Positions 46,101 through 54,686 of a stretch of DNA of 64,000 bases are shown piece by piece. A model generated the notes under the pieces. It saw only the letters and a list, made by a program, of their open reading frames with translations. It was not told the DNA's origin and made no database searches. Both the position numbers and the translations under genes were made by a program. The stretch is from Oscillospiraceae bacterium (GTDB lineage Bacteria; Bacillota; Clostridia; Oscillospirales; Ruminococcaceae). Where the stretch lies: positions 8,256 to 72,255 of the forward strand of contig WRLV01000002.1 of NCBI GenBank assembly GCA_009777445.1, written 5' to 3'. Every line of letters starts with the position of its first letter. Position 1 is the first letter of the stretch.

Positions 46101-49100
46101 CGTTTGCAGAGGTCTGACGAGTGTGTCAATCGGCAATGACGTGACAAGTATAGGTAATTATGCATTTACCGGTTGCACGGGTCTGACGAGCGTGTCAATC
46201 GGCAATGGAGTGACAAGTATAGGTAGTTATGCATTTTCCGGTTGCACGGTGTTGACAAAAATAAAAGTTTCAATCGACAATCAAAATTTCACCGACATAG
46301 ATGGTGTGGTGTTTGACAAAGCCGCTACAACTCTTGTGCGATATCCACCTGGAAGGCAGGGAAGTTATTCAATTCCTGACAGTGTGACGAGTATAGGCAG
46401 TAGTGCATTTTACGGTTGCACGGGCTTAACAGAAATAACAATCCCCGACAACGTGATAAGTATAGGCAGTTGGGCATTTTACAGCACGGGGTTGACAGAA
46501 ATAATAATCTCCGACAGCGTGACGAGTATAGGCAGTTCTGCATTTCGTGGTTGCAATGAATTGACAGAAATAACAATCCCCGACAGCGTGACGAGTTTAG
46601 GCGGTAATGCATTTTCTAATTGCACGAGATTGACGAGTGTGATAATCGGAAACAAGCTTGAAAGTATAGGCTATGAGACATTTTCCTCTTGCATAAGGTT
46701 GACAAACGTGACAATTGGCAACGGCGTGACAAGTATAGGCAATTCTGCATTTTATGGTTGCACGGGGTTGACGAGTGTTGTAATTCCTGATAGTGTGACG
46801 AGTATAGGCGATAGAGCGTTTTTCGATTGCACGGGGTTGACGAGTGTTGTAATTCCTGATAGTGTGACGAGTATAGGCGATAGAGCGTTTTTCGATTGCA
46901 CGGGGTTGACGAGCGTGACAATCGGCAACAAAGTTGAAACTATAGGCGATTATACATTTATGGGTTGCACGGGGTTGACAGAAATAACAATCCCCGACAA
47001 CGTGACAAGTATAGGCAATGATGCATTTAACGGTTGCGCTGGGTTGAGGAGTGTGACTATTGGTAACAAGGTTGAAAGCATAAGTGCCGGAGTATTTCGG
47101 AATTGCACGGGGTTGACAAGCATGAGCATTCCTAATAGCGTGACAAGTATAGGCGGTTGGGCATTTGAAAATTCGGGGTTGACCGAAATAACAATCCCCG
47201 ACAACGTGACAAGTATAGGCAATGGTGCATTTTCCGATTGCACGGATTTGACGGAAATAAAAGTTTCTGCTGGTAATCAAGACTACATCGATATAGGCGG
47301 CGTGTTGTTTAACAAAACCGCTGAAAGTCTTGTACAATATCCGGCGGGAAAAACAGGGAGCTATACAATCCCCGACAGCGTGACAAGTATAGGCGGTTCT
47401 GCATTTTCCGGTTGCACGGGGTTGACAGAAATAACAATCCCCGGCAGCGTGACAAGTATAGGCGATTATGCATTTGCCGATTGCACTGGGTTGACGAGCG
47501 TGACTTTTAATTCTCAAACTCCGCCATCGCCGTGGGTTAGGTATGATATATATACTCCTATTTTCCTTCGTGTCCCGTCAAACATGGTAATATACGTCCC
47601 CATAGGTGCGAAAACGTCTTATCAGGCTTTTTGGGATTTTCAGAGGTTTACAATTTTAGAAATTACTTCAGAGGGTTTAGTAATCGGCAATGATTGGACA
47701 TTAGACACCCTTGTTGGATTGTTAACTATAACAAGCACTACTGGTATGCACGACTGGGGGTATAACGGAGGACGTTCCAACTATCGTGACAAAGTTCGCA
47801 TGGTTGTTATTCAAGATGGTGTTACAGACATAAGCAGTGGGGAATTTTTCAATTGCACGGGTTTGGCAGAAATAACAATCCCTGACAGCGTGACACGTAT
47901 ACGGCAGTCGGCGTTTTCAGGCACAGCATTACTTGACAATCAACCCGTTGGGGTAGTTTATGCAGGAAATTGGGCAATCGGCTATAAAGGAAATATGCCC
48001 TCAAACACAAACATAACATTACGCGATGATACGAGGGGGATTGCTGACCGGGCTTTTGATAATCAAACAAGCCTTATCTCGATAACAATCCCTGACAGCG
48101 TAACAAGCATAGGCGATTCTGCATTTCAATATTGCACGGGATTAACGAGCGTGCTAATAGGCAGTGGTACAACAAGCATAGGTAATTCTGTATTTCGTAG
48201 TTGTACAGAATTAACAAGCGCGATGTTCAAATCTCAAGTACCTCCTTCGTTCGGCTCTTCTGTTTTCCGGGATATCCACTGGTTAAGCATGACAATATAT
48301 GTCTCGCGGGGCGCGAAAGGAACTTATTCAGCGGTTAGCCAGTTGAGCGCGTTTAATATCGTTGAAATTTTCTTCTCTTGCGGCGACCACTGCAAAGGTG
48401 AGGGCGAATGTGATGAGCCTTGTGAACCGCCAAGCGTTTTTGAGCCATGCGGCGACCATTGCAAAGGCGAAGGCGAATGTGATGGGTCGTGTGAAGCACC
48501 GCACGTTTTTGAGCCTTGTAGCGACCACTGCAAAGGCGAGGGCGAATGTGATGGGCCGTGTGAGTTGCCGCGCGTTTTTGAGCCTTGTGAAAGGATAATC
48601 GCTTCCGGCGATGGTTGGTCGTTAGATGACAACGGATTGTTGACTATAGAGAATGATGTGGGTATGGGCGGCTGGTGGGAAGATTTACATCCGAGAAACT
48701 CTTCTGGCAATAGAGAAGCCGTTCAGAGAGTTGTTATTCGAGAAGGGGTTACGGGTATAGGTGATTTTGCATTTTCCGGTTACACAAACCTAATGGAAAT
48801 AACAATCCCCAACAGCGTGACATGGATAGGTTCGGGCGCATTTTATAATTGCACGGGGTTGACAGAAATAACAATCCCAGACAGTGTGACAAGTATAGGG
48901 CAATCTGTAGGAATGAACGCATTTTATGGTTGCACGAGGTTGACGGCGATAAGAGTTCCGGTAGCCAATCAAAATTACACCGAAATAGACGGCGTTTTGT
49001 TTAATAAAAGCATTACAGATATGATATATTACCCACGCGCTAAAGAAGGAAGTTTTATAATCCCTGACAGCGTGACAAGTATAGAGTGGAATGCATTTTC

Positions 49101-50127
49101 CGGTTGTGCAGGGCTGACGAGCGTGTTTATCCCCGACAGCGTGACGAGTATAGGCAGTGCGGCATTTTACGGTTGCACAGAATTAACAAGCATAACCTTT
49201 AAATCTCAAATACCGCCGGAGTTTTGGTTCGATGTTTTCTGGTCTGTTCCATCAAGCATGATAGTGTATGTCCCAATAGGCGCGAAAACGGCTTATCAGG
49301 CTGAAAGTGCGTTGAGCGCGTTTAATATCGTTGAAATTTTCTTCCCCTGTGGCGACCATTGCAAAGGCGAAGGCGAATGTGACGAGCCGTGTAAAAGGAT
49401 AATCGCTTTTGGTGTTGACTGGACTTTAGACGAGAGTGGATTGCTGATTATAGATAGTAACACCGGTATGAACGACTGGGCGAATAGCGGAAGAAATTCC
49501 AGCGGTGACATGGTTCGCGTGGTTATTATTCAAGATGGTGTTACAGGCATAAGCAGTGGGGCGTTTTTCAATTGCACGGGGTTAACAGAAATACACATTC
49601 CAGACAGCGTGATAGATATAGGTCAACAGGCATTTTCCGGTTGCATAGGGCTGACAAACGTGAGCATTCCCGATAGCGTGACGAGTATAGGCGTTGCCGC
49701 ATTTTCCGGCGCGGGGTTAGCAAGCGTGACGTTTAAATCCCAAATGCCGCCGTTGCTTGGAGCCGCTGTTTTCTACAACGTTTCGACAAGCATGATAATA
49801 TATGTTCCTAAAGGCGCGAAAGAGGTTTATCAGGCGTTTAGCCAGTTGAGCGTGTTTAATATCATTGAAATTTTTGAGCCTTGTGGTGAGGATTGTAAGG
49901 GCGAGGGCGAATGTGATGAGCCTTGTGAACCACCACCTGAATACGCGCTCGGCGACTGCAATAATGACGGCGTGATTAATATCGCTGATTTGACTTATTT
50001 GAAGTGGGCGATTGTAAAAACACTGCCCGAAACACCTGAATGTTTTATAGCAGGGAATAACACTATCGGTGCGGCAGATATAACGTTGCTTAGAAATTTC
50101 CTTACAGGGAAAATTAGTAGTTTATGA
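43153..50127 (+). CDS. Giant (2,324-aa) secreted BspA-type leucine-rich-repeat (LRR_5) protein: six concatenated modules joined by Cys-rich linkers, C-terminal dockerin-like module
   Basis: RBS GGAGGG precedes the signal peptide MKKRVLSIFLTMVIVIGFIPGGMLSASA. There are dozens of 23-aa units of the form (I/V)xIPDSVTSIGxxAFxGCTGLTS. CGDHCKGEGECDEPC linkers recur. The C-terminus has LGDCNNDGVINIADLTYLKWAIV...ITLLRNFL. Confidence 0.9.
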   Translation: MKKRVLSIFLTMVIVIGFIPGGMLSASAADSGDGWSLDGDGVLTIENDVGMNDWVDNWQYRNRPALRIVVIQDSVTFIGDSAFSQYESLTSVTIGNGVTSIGESAFNLCTGLTSITIGNGVTSIGNWAFSNCTGLTSVIIGNGVTSIGDYAFWNCSGLTSVIIPDSVTSIGDSAFRGCTGLTSVTIGNSVTSIGHWAFQGCTGLTSVTIGNRVETIEQEAFHGCTGLTEIIIPDSVTSIGRAAFGGCTGLTSVTIGNSVTSIDGSAFSGCAGLTEIKVSAANQRLADIDGVLFNKNTTELIRYPSGRVGSYKIPDSVTSIGNFAFSGCAGLTEITIPNNVTTIGQSAFGGCTRLTEITIPDSVTSIGPYAFFGCTGLTEIIIPDSVTSIGSSAFYACTGLTEITIPDSVISIGESAFYFCTELTSVTIGNGVTSIGGLAFSGCTKLTSVTIGNGVTSIDSSAFSNTALLNNHPNGVIYAGNWVIGYKGTMPPNTSITLRNDTRGIATFAFRGQTNLTSITIPDSVTNIGISTFFGCTGLTNVTIGNSVTSIDGSAFFACTGLTEITIPDSVISIGEGAFAGCTGVTKITIPDSVISIGESAFASCTGLTEITISDSITSIGNYAFLGCTELTSITFKSQTPPSFGSYVFQYIPSNAIIYVPIGAKAAYSAVSQLSAFNIVEVFFSCGDHCKGEGECDEPCAKAAVGDGWSLDDDGLLTIMNDIGMNHWVNNGRDVYRNAVREIVIQDDVTNIPSYAFFEYAKLTNVTIGNKVETIGEGAFYKCTELKSVKIGNSVTNIGGVAFLGCTSLTEITITDSVTSIGPYAFFGCSGLTSVTIGNRVETIGEEAFWGCTELTSMTFKSQTPPEFDLSVLHDVPSSMIVYVPIGAKAAYSAVSELSRFNIVEVFEPCGDHCKGEGECDEPCERIIASGIDWKLDESGLLIIESDVGMGDWISNGRNPNSDLLRAVVIQDGVTRIGDYAFSVCRGLTSVSIGNDVTSIGNYAFTGCTGLTSVSIGNGVTSIGSYAFSGCTVLTKIKVSIDNQNFTDIDGVVFDKAATTLVRYPPGRQGSYSIPDSVTSIGSSAFYGCTGLTEITIPDNVISIGSWAFYSTGLTEIIISDSVTSIGSSAFRGCNELTEITIPDSVTSLGGNAFSNCTRLTSVIIGNKLESIGYETFSSCIRLTNVTIGNGVTSIGNSAFYGCTGLTSVVIPDSVTSIGDRAFFDCTGLTSVVIPDSVTSIGDRAFFDCTGLTSVTIGNKVETIGDYTFMGCTGLTEITIPDNVTSIGNDAFNGCAGLRSVTIGNKVESISAGVFRNCTGLTSMSIPNSVTSIGGWAFENSGLTEITIPDNVTSIGNGAFSDCTDLTEIKVSAGNQDYIDIGGVLFNKTAESLVQYPAGKTGSYTIPDSVTSIGGSAFSGCTGLTEITIPGSVTSIGDYAFADCTGLTSVTFNSQTPPSPWVRYDIYTPIFLRVPSNMVIYVPIGAKTSYQAFWDFQRFTILEITSEGLVIGNDWTLDTLVGLLTITSTTGMHDWGYNGGRSNYRDKVRMVVIQDGVTDISSGEFFNCTGLAEITIPDSVTRIRQSAFSGTALLDNQPVGVVYAGNWAIGYKGNMPSNTNITLRDDTRGIADRAFDNQTSLISITIPDSVTSIGDSAFQYCTGLTSVLIGSGTTSIGNSVFRSCTELTSAMFKSQVPPSFGSSVFRDIHWLSMTIYVSRGAKGTYSAVSQLSAFNIVEIFFSCGDHCKGEGECDEPCEPPSVFEPCGDHCKGEGECDGSCEAPHVFEPCSDHCKGEGECDGPCELPRVFEPCERIIASGDGWSLDDNGLLTIENDVGMGGWWEDLHPRNSSGNREAVQRVVIREGVTGIGDFAFSGYTNLMEITIPNSVTWIGSGAFYNCTGLTEITIPDSVTSIGQSVGMNAFYGCTRLTAIRVPVANQNYTEIDGVLFNKSITDMIYYPRAKEGSFIIPDSVTSIEWNAFSGCAGLTSVFIPDSVTSIGSAAFYGCTELTSITFKSQIPPEFWFDVFWSVPSSMIVYVPIGAKTAYQAESALSAFNIVEIFFPCGDHCKGEGECDEPCKRIIAFGVDWTLDESGLLIIDSNTGMNDWANSGRNSSGDMVRVVIIQDGVTGISSGAFFNCTGLTEIHIPDSVIDIGQQAFSGCIGLTNVSIPDSVTSIGVAAFSGAGLASVTFKSQMPPLLGAAVFYNVSTSMIIYVPKGAKEVYQAFSQLSVFNIIEIFEPCGEDCKGEGECDEPCEPPPEYALGDCNNDGVINIADLTYLKWAIVKTLPETPECFIAGNNTIGAADITLLRNFLTGKISSL
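46761..46898 (+). repeat. Perfect 69-bp tandem duplication (one 23-aa LRR unit) inside the giant gene
   Basis: 46761-46829 is identical to 46830-46898. Both encode TGLTSVVIPDSVTSIGDRAFFDC. Confidence 0.9.
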
Positions 50128-50137
50128 TAGAACTCTG

Positions 50138-50270
50138 TAGGGGACGGGCTTGCCCGTACTGCAATTTGCAGATGTTTATATAGAAAAGGGACGGGCAAGC
50201 CCGTCCCCTACAATCCGTCGCCGCAAGGCGACACCACAACTGTCAACTCTCAATTGTCAACTGTCAACTG
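50138..50270 (-). repeat. Composite intergenic repeat, copy 11
   Basis: TAGGGGACGGGCTTGCCCGTAC at 50138-50159 has its inverted partner at 50188-50211. GTCGCCGCAAGGCGAC at 50217-50232. Heptads at 50233-50270 overlap the last codons and the stop of valS. Confidence 0.9.
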
Positions 50271-52893
50271 CCGTCAGTTGCAAAATTTTCTCCATCTTCT
50301 CTTGTGCGCGGTGGAGTTTTTCTTTTTCTCTTTGAATTTGCGCTGCCGGAGCTTTGTTTAAAAAGCCGGGATTGTTTAGTTTCGCTGACAAAAAGTCGAT
50401 GTCTTTTTTGACGGCTTTTTTCTCTGCCGCAAGTCGTTGTGCTTCTTTCTCTTTGTCTACCAAATCGCCCAACGGAATAAATGTTTTGGCGTTGGGGGTT
50501 ATAACAACTGCCATGTTGTCTGTTTCTTGTGCTTGTTCGGTTAACACCGTTGATTGAGCACCGGCAAGTCGCTCGAAAAACGCCTTGCAACTGTCAAACA
50601 CCTCTAAATCTTTTTGCTTTGCCTCAATGATTAAGTTTATTTTTCTTGACATGGGGGCGTTTAATTCGGCACGTTTAGCGCGTATGCCCGATATAATTTC
50701 TATGACTTTTTGAAAGTCTTCTCGCTCTTTTTTATATTCGTGTTGTGGATTATATTCTTCCCACTGTGAGAGCATTATAGTGGGTTCTGTTTCGCTTTTG
50801 GGTAAAGCTGACATGATTTCTTCGCTCACAAACGGCGCAAATGGGTGTAGTAGTTTCAACATACCGCGCATTACATATACGAGGGTGTTTAAAGCGGCGC
50901 GCCTACTCGTTCCCCCCGATAAAATTCGAGGTTTTGTGAGTTCTATATACCAATCACAGTAAATATCCCAAATAAAGTCGACAACTTTTCCGAGGGCAAC
51001 CCCGAGTTCAAAGTTTTCAAGATTATGGGTAACGTCTTTGATTAAATTGTTATAAAGTGATAAAATCCATTTGTCTTCTGTCGATAAGTTTTCTGTTTCT
51101 TGATTTGAGAGCGGCTCGTCGGCTATGTTCATTAAAATATAGCGCGAGGCGTTCCACAATTTGTTTATGAAGTTTCGGTTAGCGTTAATTTTATCTTCCG
51201 TCCACCTCATGTCGTTGCCCGGCGCGTTGCCTACCACTAAGGTGAGTCTTAGTGCATCTGCACCGTATTTGTCGATTATTTCGAGTGGGTCAACGCCGTT
51301 GCCTGACGATTTGCTCATTTTTTTTCCTTTTTCGTCACGCACAATGCCGTTGAACAGCACTGTGTCAAATGGAATTTTACCGGTGTATTCAAGCCCCGAG
51401 AAAACCATTCTGGCTACCCAAAAAAAGATGATGTCCGAGGCAGTGACAAGCGTGTTTGTAGGATAAAACTGCTTATAATCGGAGGTTTCTTCGGGCCACC
51501 CCAAAGTCGAGAAGGGCCATAAAGCCGAGCTGAACCAGGTGTCGAGGGTGTCTTCGTCTTGCTTAATTGCCCCTGCGCAAACAGGGCATTTCGTCAACAC
51601 TTCAATCGAAACCGTCTCTTTTGCACAATCTGCGTTTTGACAATAATAGGCAGGAATCCTATGCCCCCACCAAAGCTGACGAGAGATACACCAGTCGCGA
51701 ATGTTTTCCATCCACGAGAGATAAGAATGTTCAAACTTCTTTGGCAACATTTTGATTTTTCCCGATTTAACCACGTCTATAGCGGGTTTTGCAAGTTCTT
51801 CCATCTTTACAAACCATTGAAGACTCGCCTTGGGTTCAACCGTTGTTGTGCAACGCTGACAGCCGCCGACATTATGGGTGTGGGCTTGCGTTTTGACTAA
51901 TAAGCCCTGCTGTTCGAGGTCTTTGACAATTTCGCGGCGCGCTTCTGACCTGCTTAAACCCACATATTTACCGCCGTTTCCGTTTATTACGGCTTGGTCG
52001 TCCATTACGTTCACTAAAGGCAGATTGTGTCGCAACCCTACTTCAAAGTCGTTGGGGTCGTGGGCGGGTGTGATTTTCACAACGCCTGTGCCAAATTCTG
52101 TGTCTACATATTCGTCCGCGATTACGGGCAGTTCTTTGTTGACTAAAGGCAATATAACGGTTTTGCCGACAACATGCTTATACCGCTCATCGTTGGGATT
52201 AACCGCAAGAGCGGTATCGCCCAACATGGTTTCAGGGCGCGTTGTCGCAACTTCAAGCCAACCATCGCCGTCGCTCAAAGGGTATTTTATATGCCACAGG
52301 TTGCCGTCTTTTTCTTCATACTCAACCTCAACGTCTGAAATAGAGGTTCGGCAGACGGGGCACCAGTTTATAATCCTTGTTCCGTGATAGATTTTGCCCT
52401 TTTCATAAAGCTCAACGAAAACTTTTAAGACGGCGCGCGAACAACCCTCATCAAGGGTGAATCGTTCACGGCTCCAATCGCAACTTGAGCCTAATTTCTT
52501 GAGCTGTTTGACAATCAAACCGCCATATTGAACTCTCCACTCACGACAATGTTCTAAGAATTGTTCGCGTGTGAGTTCTTGCTTAGAAATACCCTTCGAT
52601 TTCAGCATTTCCACTACACGCGCCTCGGTTGCAATAGAGGCGTGGTCTGTCCCCGGCAACCAAAGGGTATTATAACCCTGCATTCGCCGCCAACGGATTA
52701 AAATATCCTGATAGGTGTTGTTAAGAGCATGCCCCATATGAAGTTGCCCCGTAATATTCGGTGGCGGAATCACTATAGTATAAGGCGTTTTCGTAGAAAT
52801 CGGCTCTTGATGAAAATAGCCATTCTCTTCCCAAGAGGTATAAATTCTTTCTTCAAAATCTTTCGGGGAATATGTTTTAGCTAATTCTTTCAT
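50257..52893 (-). CDS. valS: Valine--tRNA ligase
   Basis: PPPNITGQLHMGHA (HIGH), KMSKSSGN (KMSKS), a CP1 editing domain and a C-terminal coiled coil. The last residues QLTAVDS and the TGA stop are encoded by the heptad repeat. Confidence 0.95.
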   Translation of the reverse strand: MKELAKTYSPKDFEERIYTSWEENGYFHQEPISTKTPYTIVIPPPNITGQLHMGHALNNTYQDILIRWRRMQGYNTLWLPGTDHASIATEARVVEMLKSKGISKQELTREQFLEHCREWRVQYGGLIVKQLKKLGSSCDWSRERFTLDEGCSRAVLKVFVELYEKGKIYHGTRIINWCPVCRTSISDVEVEYEEKDGNLWHIKYPLSDGDGWLEVATTRPETMLGDTALAVNPNDERYKHVVGKTVILPLVNKELPVIADEYVDTEFGTGVVKITPAHDPNDFEVGLRHNLPLVNVMDDQAVINGNGGKYVGLSRSEARREIVKDLEQQGLLVKTQAHTHNVGGCQRCTTTVEPKASLQWFVKMEELAKPAIDVVKSGKIKMLPKKFEHSYLSWMENIRDWCISRQLWWGHRIPAYYCQNADCAKETVSIEVLTKCPVCAGAIKQDEDTLDTWFSSALWPFSTLGWPEETSDYKQFYPTNTLVTASDIIFFWVARMVFSGLEYTGKIPFDTVLFNGIVRDEKGKKMSKSSGNGVDPLEIIDKYGADALRLTLVVGNAPGNDMRWTEDKINANRNFINKLWNASRYILMNIADEPLSNQETENLSTEDKWILSLYNNLIKDVTHNLENFELGVALGKVVDFIWDIYCDWYIELTKPRILSGGTSRRAALNTLVYVMRGMLKLLHPFAPFVSEEIMSALPKSETEPTIMLSQWEEYNPQHEYKKEREDFQKVIEIISGIRAKRAELNAPMSRKINLIIEAKQKDLEVFDSCKAFFERLAGAQSTVLTEQAQETDNMAVVITPNAKTFIPLGDLVDKEKEAQRLAAEKKAVKKDIDFLSAKLNNPGFLNKAPAAQIQREKEKLHRAQEKMEKILQLTAVDS

Positions 52894-52900
52894 GTTATTC

Positions 52901-54661
52901 TTAAAATTCCTTTCTCACATATAATGTCTTGTTGTGCTTATATATAACCATGCCCGGTTTTGCGCCAACGGGCTTTTTAACGTACTTGACAAGGGTATAA
53001 TCCACCGGGACTACTCCCGCATCTCGTGCCTTTGAGTGTTCTGCCGCCAATCGCGCCGCCTCAAGAATGCTCTGCTCATTCGCTTCACCCGAAATAACAA
53101 CGTGGCTCCCGGGTATTTCTTTTGCGTGAAGCCATATGTCGTCCGGCTTTGCCATTTTAAGGGTAAGACGCTCGTTGTTTTTGTTGTTTCTGCCCACTAA
53201 AATATCAAGGCCTTCGCTTGACTTAAATTTTAAAGGGGGAATGGGTTTTTCGTTTTTGTTGCCTTTTGCGTGCTTTTGGCTTCTCAAATTAAGGTATCCA
53301 CTTTCCCCTAATTCAATACGTATTTCATTAAACTCAGCATCGGATTTAGCTCTTGTCGCCGCATCAAAAACGCTGTCAAGATAAACAAGTTCTTGTTCGC
53401 CGTAACGAATCAGCTCTTTTAATTTTTTTTCGGCGGTGTCAAGCTTCTTATAATCACTGTAATATTTTTGTGCGTTTTGAGCAGGGTTTAAGTTTTCATA
53501 AAGCGGTATTTCAATTTGAGTACCTGTGTTATAATCTGTCGCGCTTAAACTGACATCGCCTTTTTTCAGCCGATAAATATTAGCGGTAATAATATCGCCT
53601 TTTAGTCTTAAATCTTCTCTCGAACGGCAATCCGCAAGCTCGCTTCTTTGCACTCCAACTCGCCGTGAGACCCTCTCAAAAACACGCATAAGTTGTTTTA
53701 ACAATTCGCCTGAGCGTTGGCGGTTTCTCTCAATTAAAGAGCGTTCACCGAAAAACTCATCTAACAATAAATTCGCACTTTCATATTGCACGGTGAGCAT
53801 TTCATTTGCGTATTGTTCAATGTTTACAAAGCAAAAGTCAGATGGTTTTCCGTTTTTCTCTTTAACCATAGTAAGACAAGGGTGAACGGTAATGGCAGCA
53901 CCCCCTTTTTCTAAAAAGAAGTAAAGCCTGTCTAAACAGTTAGGCGCGTTTAATATTTCGTTCACCGAAACGTCAATGTCTTTAGCGCAATAGTGGGCGG
54001 CTTCACGGGCGAAAACGGGGGACACGCCCTCAAACAGCTTAATAATAACCTTAGAAAGCCGTCCGGCGCGCTCGTTGTTCAAAAGAGAAAACAATTCATC
54101 ACGCGAAAAGTCATAAAGTGTCAATCGCGGCTCACGCGGTGGTGGCTCATAAACAACACCCGGCAACACCCGGCGCACCGACGATGTTTCATCGGTAACA
54201 CGCTTAATCGCATCGGTTATGCGCAACTCGCCGTGTTCGCGGTCTGCCACCGGCGGCTCGCCGGAAAGAATAATATTACTGCTTCTTCCCATTATTTCTA
54301 TAGCAAGGCGGTTTTTGACAATGTCACCAACCTCGTTTGTGCAGTTGAAATCAAGGTTAACTATTCTTTCAAGTCCGTCTTGACTTATATTTTCCAAGCG
54401 TGAGCCGCCCAAATGTTTTCTTAACAGCATACAAAACATAGGCGGCACCCCCGGATTTTCGGGGGCGTTTTCGGTTAGACAGACACGTGCCGCACCCGGG
54501 TTTGCCGACATTAAAAGTTTATGGGTGCCGCTCACCGTGCGCAAAGATAACACTAACTCATCTTTAGAAGGCTGATGAATTTTATCCACCCTTGCCCCGA
54601 TAAGCCCTTTATCTTTCCACTCGTTTGTTACAATTCGCAAAAAAGCCCCGTCAAGCGACAT
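52901..54661 (-). CDS. rqcH: Ribosome quality-control protein RqcH (NFACT / FbpA family)
   Basis: MSLDGAFLRIV...RVDKIHQPSKDELVLSL N-terminus, a coiled-coil middle region, and the C-terminal NFACT-R motif WLHAKEIPGSHVVI. Confidence 0.85.
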   Translation of the reverse strand: MSLDGAFLRIVTNEWKDKGLIGARVDKIHQPSKDELVLSLRTVSGTHKLLMSANPGAARVCLTENAPENPGVPPMFCMLLRKHLGGSRLENISQDGLERIVNLDFNCTNEVGDIVKNRLAIEIMGRSSNIILSGEPPVADREHGELRITDAIKRVTDETSSVRRVLPGVVYEPPPREPRLTLYDFSRDELFSLLNNERAGRLSKVIIKLFEGVSPVFAREAAHYCAKDIDVSVNEILNAPNCLDRLYFFLEKGGAAITVHPCLTMVKEKNGKPSDFCFVNIEQYANEMLTVQYESANLLLDEFFGERSLIERNRQRSGELLKQLMRVFERVSRRVGVQRSELADCRSREDLRLKGDIITANIYRLKKGDVSLSATDYNTGTQIEIPLYENLNPAQNAQKYYSDYKKLDTAEKKLKELIRYGEQELVYLDSVFDAATRAKSDAEFNEIRIELGESGYLNLRSQKHAKGNKNEKPIPPLKFKSSEGLDILVGRNNKNNERLTLKMAKPDDIWLHAKEIPGSHVVISGEANEQSILEAARLAAEHSKARDAGVVPVDYTLVKYVKKPVGAKPGMVIYKHNKTLYVRKEF

Positions 54662-54686
54662 ATTAACCCTTTCTCATATCTTACTA

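Noticed and set aside
43417-47517. Several long minus-strand ORFs inside the giant LRR gene (for example 43417..44001, 44607..45017 and 46597..47517)
   Set aside because: These are antisense frames kept open by the periodic, codon-biased 69-nt LRR units. Their Cys/Arg/Thr-rich low-complexity translations have no starts with an RBS.
43300-49800. The regular 69-nt periodicity could look like a CRISPR or other non-coding array
   Set aside because: The units are contiguous with no spacers, stay in one long reading frame, and translate to canonical BspA-type LRR units.
52894-52900. Expected T-box leader upstream of valS
   Set aside because: Only 7 nt separate valS from rqcH, so valS is co-transcribed and no leader can be present here.
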